From NCBI GenBank assembly GCA_963755025.1, contig CAVWIH010000029.1, positions 1 to 56,227 on the forward strand: a DNA stretch of 56,227 bases, read 5' to 3'. This DNA comes from an uncultured Actinomycetes bacterium. Its GTDB lineage: Bacteria; Actinomycetota; Thermoleophilia; UBA2241. Of this stretch, positions 1 to 10,022 are shown in pieces. Numbering within the stretch: the stretch's first letter is position 1; each line of letters begins with the position of its first letter. The translations under genes were made by a program, and so were the position numbers. The notes beneath the pieces are model-generated. The model worked only from the letters and a program-made list of their open reading frames with translations. It was not told the DNA's origin and searched no databases.

Positions 1-353
1 CCGCTTTCTCCGGCGTTGGAATGGGCCGCTGGGCCTGGTCGAGCGACGCCTTCGACTTCGATCACGACGGCTTCCCTGACCTCTACATCACGAATGGCAT
101 GGTCTCCGGCCCTTCGCGCACGGAACTGGCTAGCAAAGATTCTTCGCCCGATCTCAACAGCTTCTTCTGGCGGCAAGTGGTCGCTTTCTCTCCCGACGAA
201 GCCCGCGCATCTCACGAATACGAACTCGGATGGAATGCGATCAACGAGTTGATCCGTTCCGACTACACCTGGAGCGGATTCGAGCGCAATGTTTTCTACG
301 CCAACAACCGAGACGGAACATTTTTCGACGTTTCCGCCGTGGTCGGCCTCGAC
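1..353 (+). CDS. Internal fragment of an FG-GAP repeat / CRTAC1-ASPIC-UnbV-type protein, cut at a chimeric junction
   Basis: Translation has [25 protein letters not shown] (FG-GAP Ca-binding DxDxDGxxD motif) and [27 protein letters not shown]. Similarity stops abruptly at ~353. Confidence 0.65.
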
Positions 354-356
354 GCG

Positions 357-596
357 CAGGCCGATACCCGTGTTGCCGCTGGTCGGCTCGATCAGCACGG
401 TTTTACCAGGCTGAATTTTCCCAGCGCGTTCGGCCTCGGTGATCATGCTGACGCCAATGCGATCTTTTACACTAGCACAAGGATTCGAGCTTTCCAGTTT
501 CGCCACCACATCGGCGGCGCAGCCTTCTGTCACTTTGTTCAGCCGCACCAGCGGCGTGTTACCGATCAACTCCGTAACGTCACTTGCGATTTTCAT
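357..596 (-). CDS. cysK: Cysteine synthase A, N-terminal ~80 codons only (not in the ORF track)
   Basis: Manual minus-strand translation from ATG 596: [80 protein letters not shown], with the SVKDR PLP lysine and TSGNTG motif. Confidence 0.9.
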
Positions 597-731
597 AGTT
601 GAGCTATCCTGAGGATGCATATTCGACTCATAATACCCTACTAAGACTACTAGCGTACTAGTATATAATCTGTGATCCAGATCACCGGCAATAAGCACTC
701 GAGCCCCCGGATTCTACTCGATTCTTCGCAA

Positions 732-1012
732 ACGATGCTCTGCCTGGGCAGGCCAAAGGCGCCGCCGCACATGGTCGAGCGCTACGAGAAGCACGTCGTC
801 CACAGAGACGCCTACCGCCGCCTGAGCGACGCGCAGCTGCGCGAAGTCTCGGGCGACCTCGACCGCCTGTACGACGCCGCGGCTCCGGCGGTTACGACAA
901 CTACGCACAGGAGGTCTACGCCCGCAAGGTCGCGACCGACTTCGCGCTCGAGGCGAACCGCTCAGTGGCGTGGTGGCTCGAGCGCTGGCGCACGGGATAT
1001 AGGACCGAGTAA
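732..1012 (+). pseudogene. Nitroreductase family protein, 3' fragment (frameshifted)
   Basis: TMLCLGRPKAPPHMVERYEKHVVHRDAYRRLSD...SVAWWLERWRTGYRTE* matches the C-terminus of 26931-27700. Confidence 0.8.
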
Positions 1013-1081
1013 GAGAACAAGGGCCGCCGTCTGGCACACTGGGGCGTTTGATTCCCTCCGCCGCCCCTGCTTCGAGCCCTC

Positions 1082-2848
1082 CTACTTCGTTGTCGAGTGC
1101 AGCGTGGCGGACGGCGACTCGTCCCTCCGCGGTCGTAGGCATCGAGCCGCAGGTCGCGCACCCCGGCCCGAGCCGCATCGGACGCGACGTCGGAGAGCAG
1201 CGCTTGCGCTGCCGACTCGGCCTCGAGTCGCGCCACGTAGTGGGCGATCTCGCGATCGATCGCGGCCTCGTCCCAGCCGAGCACGGGCGCCATCAGGCGC
1301 GCGGCGCCCTCGGAGGCCAGGCCGGCCGCGGTCGGGCGCCTCGAAGGCGATGTGCGTGCGGCGGGTGAGCACGTCGTCCAGATGCAGCGCGCCTTCGCAC
1401 ATCGCGGCGTAGCGCACCTCGCCGGCCAGGTACTTTCGGCGCCGGCAAGCGGGGCCGCCAGAGCAGGGTCGGCGACGAGCAGGTCGAGCACCTCCTCGGC
1501 CAGCGTGCCGTAGCGCGCGACCAGGTGGTCGAGCTGGCCCGCCGACAGGGTGGCGGCCCCGGCGTGCCGGCTCAGCCTGAACCCCGCGCCCGCCCGGCCG
1601 ACGGCTCCCAGCACCGGGATGTCGGCGGTGCGGCTGGCGTCGCTTGCGAACGGCAGGTCGGCTGCGGCCTTGTCGACCGCGTCGCGCGCCATCAGCCGGT
1701 AGGTGGTGTACTTGCCGCCCGCCACGCTCACGAACCCCGGCGCGCTGCGCCGCACGGCATGATGGCGTGACAGCTTCGCCGTCTCCTCCGCCGTGCCGCC
1801 GAGCAGCGGTCGCAGGCCGACGTACACGGCGATGACGTCTTCGAGCGGAGGGGCTCGGCAAGCACCTTGTTGGCGTGTTCGAGCAGGTACTGGATGTCGG
1901 CGTGCGTGGCCGCCGGGTGGTCGAGGTCGTAGTGCCAGTCGGTGTCGGTGGTGCCGATGATCCACTGCCGGCCCCAGGGCAGTACGAACAGCACACTCTT
2001 CTCGGTAGGCAGGATGAGCGCGTAGTCCGACTCGATCCTGTCGCGAGCCACGACGATGTGCACTCCCTTGGACGGCCGCACGATCATGGGGTCGGCGATG
2101 CCCGGCCAGGCGCTCCATCTCGGTGGTCCAGATGCCCGTGGCGTTGATCACCGCGCGAGCATGCACGTCGAGCTCGCCGCCGCCCTCGAGGTCGTGCAGG
2201 CGCGCGCCGGCCACCCTGTCGCCGTCGTGCAGGAACTCGGTCGACCGCCACCGCCGACGCGCAGACCGCGCCCAGCGAAGCCGCCGTACGCGCGAGCACC
2301 AGGGCGAAGCGCGCATCGTCGACCTGCGCGTCGTAGTAGCGGATGCCGCCGGCAAGCACGTCGCCGCGCAGCCCCGGGGCCACCTTCAGGCAGGCGCGCC
2401 GCGACAGGTGCCGGTGACGCGGCACCGCCGGATGCAGGCCGGCCAGCGAGTCGTATAGCAGGAGACCCGCGCCCATGTAGAAGCGATCCCAGACCCTGCG
2501 CCTGAGGGGGAACAGAAACGGCGTGGGATGGACCAGGTGCGGGGCGATCTTCTCGATCAGCAGCCGCCGTTCGTGCAACGCCTCGCGCACGAGGTCGACG
2601 TCGAGATGCTCGAGATATCGCAGGCCACCGTGGATGAGCTTGCTGGAACGGCTCGACGTGCCGGCGGCAAAGTCGCGGCGTTCCACCAGGGCCACCGACA
2701 GGCCGCGACTCGCGGCGTCGAGCGCGACCCCGCAGCCCGTCACGCCGCCACCGACGACCAGCACGTCGAAGGTCTCGGCGGCGAAACGCTCCAGAGCGCG
2801 CCGGCGAGCATCGGGACCCAGCCACGTCACGCGCGCGTCAGCGACCAC
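1082..2848 (-). CDS. glpD: FAD-dependent glycerol-3-phosphate dehydrogenase/oxidase, left copy, several frameshifts
   Basis: DVLVVGGGVTGCG, GTSSRSSKLIHGGLRYLE, IIGTTD and GGKYTTYR spread over several frames; GGAGG RBS before GTG 2848. Confidence 0.85.
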
Positions 2849-2890
2849 CGTGCGACCTCCGTGTCCCACGCCGCTTTCTGTCGCGGCGAT

Positions 2891-3640
2891 TCAGGCACCG
2901 GCACGACCGGCCGGCGCATCACTCACGCGGTTCACGGCAAGCTCGAAGACGTCGGGTACATGCCACTCCGAGGAGAGCATCACGGGTCGTCCGAGCTCGT
3001 CGAAGTCAACCTGTTCGATCTGCTGCAGGGGAGCGCCGACGGGAACCTCGAGCAGGCGCGCCAACCGCGCGTCGGCGACCACAGGATGCAGAGTCGCAAG
3101 CGCGCTGCGCACCTCGGCGTGGGCCTGCTCGAGCAACGCGTACAGCGACGACAAGTCGGCGACACGATCGACGGCGTCGCCGAGCAGAGCCGTGGAGATG
3201 CGGTCGGTCGAGTACACGGCCGGCCGGCCGTCGGCTGTGCGGATCCGCTCGACGAACAACACGGAGTCCGTGGGAGCGATCGCAAGCGTGGCCGCCTCGT
3301 CGCTCGTCGCCACGCGGACCAGGTGGCGGATCAGCCTGCGTCCCGGCTCGAGCCCGGCTTCGCGGATCATGGCCATGTAGCTCAGGTTGCGGTTCAGCGT
3401 GTGGCGATGACGCGGCAGCGCCGTCACGAAGGTACCGGTGCCATGTCGGCGCACCAGATACCCGGCCTCGACGAGCCCACGCACGGCTTCGCGGATAGTC
3501 GCTCTGCTGACTTCGAAGCGAGCCGCCAGCTCATCCTCGTTGGGGAGCCGGTCGCCGGCGACGTAGACGCTCGAGAACAGGTCGCCGAGCAACGCGTCGC
3601 GCACGCGGTCGGGCAGCTTCGCGCGAGGCTTTCCGTCCAT
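2891..3640 (-). CDS. GntR family (HutC/UTRA) transcriptional regulator
   Basis: RLPNEDELAARFEVSRATIREA...RRHGTGTFV HTH plus UTRA-type C-terminus. Confidence 0.9.
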   Translation of the reverse strand: MDGKPRAKLPDRVRDALLGDLFSSVYVAGDRLPNEDELAARFEVSRATIREAVRGLVEAGYLVRRHGTGTFVTALPRHRHTLNRNLSYMAMIREAGLEPGRRLIRHLVRVATSDEAATLAIAPTDSVLFVERIRTADGRPAVYSTDRISTALLGDAVDRVADLSSLYALLEQAHAEVRSALATLHPVVADARLARLLEVPVGAPLQQIEQVDFDELGRPVMLSSEWHVPDVFELAVNRVSDAPAGRAGA

Positions 3641-3649
3641 GCCCGGACC

Positions 3650-4337
3650 CTAGTCGCGGACCGCCGTGGCGGCCGCCGTGATGGTCAGGACCTCGCTGAT
3701 CTGGCCGGCCAGGTCGGGTGCGCCGGGCAGACGCCCCTCGAAGATCGCGCCACCGATCGTGAACCCCCACGCCCCCGCTCCGGCGACGAGACGGATCTGT
3801 TCAGGCGTCGCGATCGAGCCGGCCACGATCACCGGCCCGGGCGAGGCGACCACGACGTCGCGCGTGAGGGCGATGGGGTCCTGCCCGGGACTGCGATACG
3901 CGAGCAGGTCGAGACCGTAGACGCTGTTCAGCGCCGACAGGTCGCGGGCGTCCTGGCTGATCTCGGCGATGCTGCCCAGCAGAACGCTGGGGTGGCCGTC
4001 GATGCGACCCGGGAACGGGCAGGTACTTGATGCCGCTGCCGGCGAGGATGCGCATGCCGTCGGCGGCATACGTGCCGCCCATGATCCAGTCGACGCCGAT
4101 CTGGCGGCCGGTCTCGAGCGAGACCAGCTCGGACTCGCGCGAGGTGGAGACGACCTCGAGCATGACCTCGAGCCCGTCGGCGTGGGCCTTGTCGGCCACC
4201 ACGGCGAGCTCTTCGGGGGTCGCGCCGATGTCCTTGAAGCCGACGTAGTGCAGCGCCGTGCCGCGCAGCGTCTCGTAGACCTTGGCGGCATCGGGCACGG
4301 TGCTGTCGTTGTGGGTCAGCATGAAGATGAAGTTCAC
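3650..4337 (-). CDS. Uncharacterised phosphate-binding TIM-barrel protein (frameshift ~4018)
   Basis: Two frames join to match intact 23599-24285; C-terminal AGSI...GFTIGGAIF resembles ribulose-phosphate-binding barrels. Confidence 0.7.
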
Positions 4338-5185
4338 CGGTGGACCTCCTGGTCATGGGAAGAGGGTTCAGGCAGAAGCTGGGCGAGGCCGTCGATCACG
4401 AAATCGGGTTTCACGGGCGAGCCTTCGAGGCTGTCGAGGTGCGTCGCTCCGGTCAGGATGAGAACGCCCGTCATGCCCAGCGACAGCGCCATGGCGACGT
4501 CGGTCAGCAGCCGGTCGCCGATCAGCACCACGTCGCCCGCAGGCAGGCCGAGCCGGTCGAGCAGGGCCTGCGCCATGTGGATGCTGGGCTTGCCCACGAT
4601 GGCCTCGGCCTTGGCGCCGGTGCTGGCTTCGATCGCGGCCAGCATGGCGGCGCAGTCGGGCAGCCCGCCGTCGGGGGTCGGACAGTACGGGTCGGGGTTG
4701 GTCGCCACGATGGTCGCGCCGTGGTAGCGCACCGCCTGAAAGGCGGCGTTCAGCTTTTCGTAGTCGAAGGTGCGGTCGAACGAGACGACCACGACCTGGG
4801 TGGCGGCCGGGTCGGTGGTGACCGCAAAGCCGGCCTCGCGCAGCTCGTCGATGGTCGAGCGCTCAGCCACTGCGAGCAGCGTCTTGCCCGCGTGCTTGCG
4901 CTCCAGGTAGTCGACCAGGGCATCGACCGATGTGACCACATCGGAGCGCGGCGTCGCCACGCCCAGGCGGGTCAGCTTGCGGGCGTAGTCGTCGGCGGTC
5001 TGCAGCGGCTTGTTGGTGACGTAGACGATGCGCGAGCCGGCGGCGCGGATCGCGGCGATCGTCTCGGCGGCGTGCGGCAGGAGGGCGTCGCCCAGGTAGA
5101 CGGTGCCGTCGAGGTCGAAGGCGTAGCCCGGGTAGAGGCGAGTGGGCCGGCGGGTCGCCGGCACGCTGGCCGCGTGCGAGCTCAC
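4334..5185 (-). CDS. HAD-IIA phosphatase (NagD/AraL-like)
   Basis: FDLDGTVY, VTN, ATNPD, VGKPS, IGDRLLTDV motifs; GTG start overlaps the upstream stop. Confidence 0.9.
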   Translation of the reverse strand: MSSHAASVPATRRPTRLYPGYAFDLDGTVYLGDALLPHAAETIAAIRAAGSRIVYVTNKPLQTADDYARKLTRLGVATPRSDVVTSVDALVDYLERKHAGKTLLAVAERSTIDELREAGFAVTTDPAATQVVVVSFDRTFDYEKLNAAFQAVRYHGATIVATNPDPYCPTPDGGLPDCAAMLAAIEASTGAKAEAIVGKPSIHMAQALLDRLGLPAGDVVLIGDRLLTDVAMALSLGMTGVLILTGATHLDSLEGSPVKPDFVIDGLAQLLPEPSSHDQEVHR

Positions 5186-6600
5186 CTGCCACCGCCGAGG
5201 ACGACGGCGTCGCCCAGCACGGCGTCGACGCAGGCGTCGTCCCAGATGCCCAGGAAGCAGGCCATGTCGGCCACCGAGAAGCGCGAGCGCATGAGGTGGC
5301 AGCTCGCCACCGCCCAGCGCGCGGCGGCCTCGTCGGGCGCCGGTCGCACTTCGCGAAGCAGGGCGGGCGCGCCGGCGCTGCGCAGCGCGGCCACGAGGTC
5401 TTCGGGAGCGGCCAGCAGCTCGCGCAGCTTGCGGTCGTGGGTTGGCCAGTCGCGCGCCGCCGCCGTGATGGCCTCGCCGGCGCGCGTCCAGCGGGTCAGC
5501 TTGCGCGCGCAGTCCTGCCAGCACTCCTCGCCCATGGCGCCGCTGGGGTCGACGTCGGCGAAGGCGGCCCGCACGTCGGCTTCGAAGCGCGCGGCGTCGG
5601 GCACCCGGACGTGCGCCAGGCCGCCGTCGGCGAGCACGTCGAGGACGCGGTGCCAGAGCAGGGCGGCCACCACGCTGGCCGCCCCGACCTGGGCGCCGTG
5701 CAGGGCGGTCTCGTTGCCGGCCTTCATGGTGGCCATCTCGATCAGGTGGCTGACGGCGTGCTCCATGCCCGAGCAGGGGGCGGTCGTGCCGGCGATGCCC
5801 ATGGAGATGCCGCTCAGCGTGAGCGTGGTGGCGACCTCGCCGAGGGCCGCGCGATCGGCGCTCGGCACGAGCGGCGCCGCGGCGAGCAGGGCGGGGCCCT
5901 TTTCGCGGGCGAGCGCGACCACCGTGGGCAGGTAGACGTCGTCCATGCCCAGCAGGGTCGCCAGGTACCAGTCGGCGGGCGCCGTGAAGGTGGCGATCAG
6001 GTCGGCAAAGCCGGAGACGTTCATCTCGACCGGCGCCTCGACCAGCACGTCGGTGTCGACGACCAGGGCGTCGGCCCAGGTCGTGGGCGTGGTGCGCTTG
6101 ACACCGCTCACGAGCAGGACCGAGCGATCGTCGGCGAAGCCGTTGACGCTGTCGGCCGTCTGCACGATGACGTAGCCGGTGCCGTGCGCGGCGGCGACCA
6201 CCTTGCCGATGTCGGCGACCGTGCCCGAACCGACCGCCACGACGCAGCCCGCGCCGGCGGCCTCGCTCGTCGCCTTGGCGAGGGTGGCTTCGTCGGCGTG
6301 GGCGCCGTGGCCGGGGCTGCCGACCGTCACGGTACGCACGGTGAGCCGCGTGGCCAGCGCGTCGGTGACCGCGCCGAGCAGGTCGGCCGAGCGATAGCGC
6401 TTGGGCGTGTGATCGGTGAGCACGACCACCGGTCCCGTAGCCCCGCGCGCGGCGAGCACGGCCGCGACGACATCGGGCAGCGTCTCGAGGGCGCCCTCGC
6501 CGATGACCACGTTTTGCAGGCCGAGCGGACTGAGGACGGCGCCGTCGGGGGCGGCGGCGAGCCGTCCCCGGAGCGCATCGAGGTCGAACAGGTCGGTCAT
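5182..6600 (-). CDS. sn-glycerol-1-phosphate dehydrogenase-like (AraM/EgsA family) polyol-phosphate dehydrogenase
   Basis: VGSGTVADIGK, TADSVNGF, GFADL, SGMEHAVSH, LHGAQVG motifs. Confidence 0.8.
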   Translation of the reverse strand: MTDLFDLDALRGRLAAAPDGAVLSPLGLQNVVIGEGALETLPDVVAAVLAARGATGPVVVLTDHTPKRYRSADLLGAVTDALATRLTVRTVTVGSPGHGAHADEATLAKATSEAAGAGCVVAVGSGTVADIGKVVAAAHGTGYVIVQTADSVNGFADDRSVLLVSGVKRTTPTTWADALVVDTDVLVEAPVEMNVSGFADLIATFTAPADWYLATLLGMDDVYLPTVVALAREKGPALLAAAPLVPSADRAALGEVATTLTLSGISMGIAGTTAPCSGMEHAVSHLIEMATMKAGNETALHGAQVGAASVVAALLWHRVLDVLADGGLAHVRVPDAARFEADVRAAFADVDPSGAMGEECWQDCARKLTRWTRAGEAITAAARDWPTHDRKLRELLAAPEDLVAALRSAGAPALLREVRPAPDEAAARWAVASCHLMRSRFSVADMACFLGIWDDACVDAVLGDAVVLGGGR

Positions 6601-8075
6601 GGAAGAGCCACCTCCACCGCATCGAACAGAGTCAGGTACTTCTGATATGCCTCGTCGTAGACCGCCACGGCGTCAGGCCGCGGCAGGAGTGGCTCGGGGG
6701 CCAGGGCGACGACCCGCGCCACCGCGTCGGCGGCGTCGGCGAACAGGCCGCAGCCCACGCCGGCCAGGATGGCCGCGCCCAGGGCGGTCGGTTCGGACGC
6801 CAGGACGGCGCGCACCGGGCGCCCGGTGACGTCGGCCTTGATCTGCATCCACAGGGGACTGCGGGCGCCGCCGCCGACCACGCGGATCTCGGGGCCGCCG
6901 AGCCCCATGGCGTCGAGCCGCACGACGATGTCGCGCAGGGCGAAGGCGCAGCCCTCGAGCACGGCGCGCGCCAGGTGGCCGCCGCCGTGGTTCAGCGACA
7001 GGCCGGCGAACACGCCGCGCACGCGGTCGTTCCAGCGCGGCGCCGTGGCGCCGCACAGGGTGGGCAGGAACAGCACGCCGTCGGAGCCCGCCGGCGCCGC
7101 GGCCGCCACGTCGAACAGCTCTCCCTGGCGCACGCCGAGCACGTTCTCGGCCAGCCACAGGGTGCTGCCGCCCGACACGAAGCCGGGGTTCTCGATGAGC
7201 CAGGCGCCGTCGACCGCGTGGGCGTGCGTCTCGACCAGCCGCTCGGGGTCGAACACGATCTCGGCGGCCACGGCGGTGACCGGTTCGGCCGTGCCCGTCA
7301 CGTCGGTGATGGTGCCCTGCGACACGGCGCCGGCGCCCAGCGAAGCGGCGTGCTCGTCGCCCGTGCCCACCACGACCTCGCAGCGCGTCGTCAGCCCAAG
7401 GCGCTGCGCCGCGTCGGCGCGCAGCCGCTCGGCGATCTCGTGCGACGGGCGGATCTCGGGCAGCGCCGCGGGGTCGATGCCGGCCGCGCCGAGCAGGGTC
7501 TCAGACCACGCTCGCCGGCGGATGTCGTAGAGCAGGGTCGACGAGGCGTTGGCGTGGTCCTGGGCGATGAGGCCGGTGAGCCAGCCGAGCAGGTAGCCGC
7601 CCACCGAGGCCATCACGGCGGTCGCCCGGTAGGTCTCGGGCTCGCAGTCGCGCAGCCACATGATCTTGGGAGCTATGTGCGAGGCGTCAGCGTTGAGCCC
7701 GGTCGTGGCGAACAGCCAGTCGACGCCGACCTCGTCGGCGAGGCGACGCGATTGGCCTGAAGCGCGGCGATCGAGCCAGATGATGCCGTCGCGCAATGGC
7801 CGGCCGTCGGCCGCGACGGGCACGACGCCGTCGACCTGGCAGGCGAGGCCCAGATGGCTGACGGCCTCGCCGGGCAGGCCGCTCGCGGCAAGCAGCTGCG
7901 CCACGACGCGCTCGATGCCCTGCTCCCAGTCGCGCGGGTCCTGGTCGGCCCAGCCCGGGGCGGGGTTGGTCATGGTGCAGGTCGCGTTGGCTACGCCCAG
8001 CAGCTCGGCGTCGGGGGAGAGCAGGATCCCCTTCACGCTCTGCGACCCGACATCGATACCGATGATGTGACCCAA
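6597..8075 (-). CDS. FGGY family carbohydrate kinase (xylulokinase-like)
   Basis: IGIDVGSQSVK, IWLDRRA, GTGDEHA, VGGGARS motifs; TTG start with AAGGAG RBS. Confidence 0.9.
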   Translation of the reverse strand: MGHIIGIDVGSQSVKGILLSPDAELLGVANATCTMTNPAPGWADQDPRDWEQGIERVVAQLLAASGLPGEAVSHLGLACQVDGVVPVAADGRPLRDGIIWLDRRASGQSRRLADEVGVDWLFATTGLNADASHIAPKIMWLRDCEPETYRATAVMASVGGYLLGWLTGLIAQDHANASSTLLYDIRRRAWSETLLGAAGIDPAALPEIRPSHEIAERLRADAAQRLGLTTRCEVVVGTGDEHAASLGAGAVSQGTITDVTGTAEPVTAVAAEIVFDPERLVETHAHAVDGAWLIENPGFVSGGSTLWLAENVLGVRQGELFDVAAAAPAGSDGVLFLPTLCGATAPRWNDRVRGVFAGLSLNHGGGHLARAVLEGCAFALRDIVVRLDAMGLGGPEIRVVGGGARSPLWMQIKADVTGRPVRAVLASEPTALGAAILAGVGCGLFADAADAVARVVALAPEPLLPRPDAVAVYDEAYQKYLTLFDAVEVALP

Positions 8076-8206
8076 AGTCGGCTCCTTCGGCCTGACCGTG
8101 CGCGCTGGCCCTGGTCGGCGCCGACGCGCGGACGCGCCGGCGCGAGGTGCGCCCCGGTGTGAGGGGGGCGGCAGGGCGCACCCCGCGACCTGACGCGTAG
8201 TCTACA

Positions 8207-8235
8207 ACGATAACGTCAGACGTCTGATGTTTCAA
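8207..8235 (-). promoter_or_regulatory. Sigma70-type promoter with palindromic operator in the spacer (mirror of 19702-19730)
   Basis: TTGAAA-N17-TATCGT on the minus strand; spacer contains palindrome TCAGACGTCTGA. Confidence 0.7.
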
Positions 8236-8284
8236 GCCGGCGCAGAGGGCCGGGGCGACGACTGCGCGCGGTGGGGGTCCGGCC

Positions 8285-8325
8285 GGCGGGGCGGCCGCAC
8301 GCCGTCGGCGTGCGGCCGCCCCGCC
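8285..8325 (-). terminator. GC-rich hairpin after the APC permease
   Basis: GGCGGGGCGGCCGCACGCCG-T-CGGCGTGCGGCCGCCCCGCC; no U tract. Confidence 0.5.
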
Positions 8326-8349
8326 TCTTGCAGAGCCGGGCGGGGGCGG

Positions 8350-9937
8350 TTACAGGCCCTTGTTGACCATGCGGCCCAGGACCTCGTACTTCTGGGCGTT
8401 GCGCGACCTGATGACGAGCGCGATCACGACGCCCATGATGAGCCACGCGGTGCCGACCCAGGGGATCGCCGTCACGACGAAGATCTTGCCGCCGAGGGTG
8501 GAGATGTTGGCCCACAGCAGGTAGACGGCGTAGCCCATGCCCAGCGAACCGAGCAGCGGCGCCACCAGCCAGCGCATCCAGTGTTCGTAGTGACGGTTCT
8601 CGGCGCGGCCGAAGTAGCTGATGGTCGCGATCCCGCTGAAGGTCATGATCACGAGCACCAGGAAGGTCCCCACGATGGCGAGCCAGCCGTAGAGCTCGAG
8701 GTAGGGCGCCGTCTGGAAGTCGGCGAAGTTCTGCGTGGGCTTGTTGACGTACCACATGAGGATGAAGAGCAGGATGAGCACGGCGGCGACGCCCGACTGG
8801 AAGAAGCTGCCGGCGTACGGACTCTGCCAGCGCTTGTGCGTCTTGCCGAGCCAGCGGTTGAGGATGCCCTCACGCCCCATCGCGTAGAAGTAGCGCGTGG
8901 CTGCCGTGTGGAAGGCCATGGCGCAGGCGAAGGTGCTCGTGATGATGAGCCACTCCATGACGTCTTTGGCGAACGGGTCGACGGTGGCTGGTGACGGTGA
9001 AGAAGAACGTCCCCGGGTTGGTGGCGGCGTCGTTCGAGGCCGTCGTGAGACCGTGGCCGAGCACGACCGCCCACGAGGTCAGCGTGAACAGGACGCCCAG
9101 GCTGATGACCGCGATGTAGGTGGCGCGCGGCACCATCTTGCGCGGGTTGCGCGCCTCTTCGGCGTAGTTCGCGGTTGCTTCGAAACCCGCCCACGACCAC
9201 AGGGCGAAGAAGATGCCGACGCCCGGAGCGGCGGCCTTGATGCCGGCTCCCACCGGCGCCGAACCCGGGTTCAGCGGCGCAAAGCTGATGCCCGTCGGGC
9301 CGCCGCCCTTGGCCAGGACGAAGATGTCCATGACGAGCAGCAGGAGCACCTCGAGCACCAGCGCGACGCCCAGGATACGAGCGCTCAACTTGACGTCGAA
9401 GTACGTCAGCATGGCGACGAGCGCGAGACCGGCGAAGGCGTAGATCGGCCAGGAGAGGTTGATGTGCAGGAACTGCGAGAACGTGCTGCGCGTGTAGTAG
9501 GCGAAGATGCCCCACTCCCCGGCCTCGAACACGGAGTAGGCGGCCATGCCGCCCCAGCCGGCGGCCATGCCCAGCGGCCGGCCGAGCCCGTGGCTGATGT
9601 AGCCGTAGAAACCGCCCGCCGTGGTGAACCGGCGAGCCATGGCGACGTACCCCACCGAGAACAGGAAGAGCAGGATGGCCGCGAGGATGAAGCCGCCGGG
9701 AGCCGCGGTACCATTACCGAAGCCGACCGCGATGGGCACGTTGCCCAGCATCGCCGACATAGGGGCGGCCGCGGCGAGAGCGAGGAAGAGCACGCCGAGC
9801 AGACCGAGAGCGTGCGGCTTGAGCTTGTTGACGTCGTCGAGCAGCGAGATGTCGACCGATTCAGAAGCGGTCGCGGCGGCTGCCTTTGGTGGTGGGTCTG
9901 TCCTGGGTGGTTGAGTCGTCGAACCTGTACTGGCCAT
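8350..9937 (-). CDS. APC family amino acid/polyamine permease (frameshift ~8988)
   Basis: Many TM segments, AGGFYGYISHGLG and GFEATANYAEEARNP; split into 8870-9937 and 8350-8958. Confidence 0.85.
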
Positions 9938-10022
9938 CTGGTGAACCCCCTTGCATCGAAGCGATTCCGCGAGACTCGAAGTGGAGAGTGCGGGGTGACG
10001 CTCGGACCCCCGTCGGTAACGG

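Noticed and set aside
21-602. 193-aa ORF as a single novel protein
   Set aside because: The second half is the antisense of cysK beyond a chimeric junction.
4340-5935. Long antisense and alternate-frame Arg/Ala/Pro-rich ORFs throughout the track
   Set aside because: Shadow ORFs expected at high GC, overlapping well-supported genes and lacking motifs.
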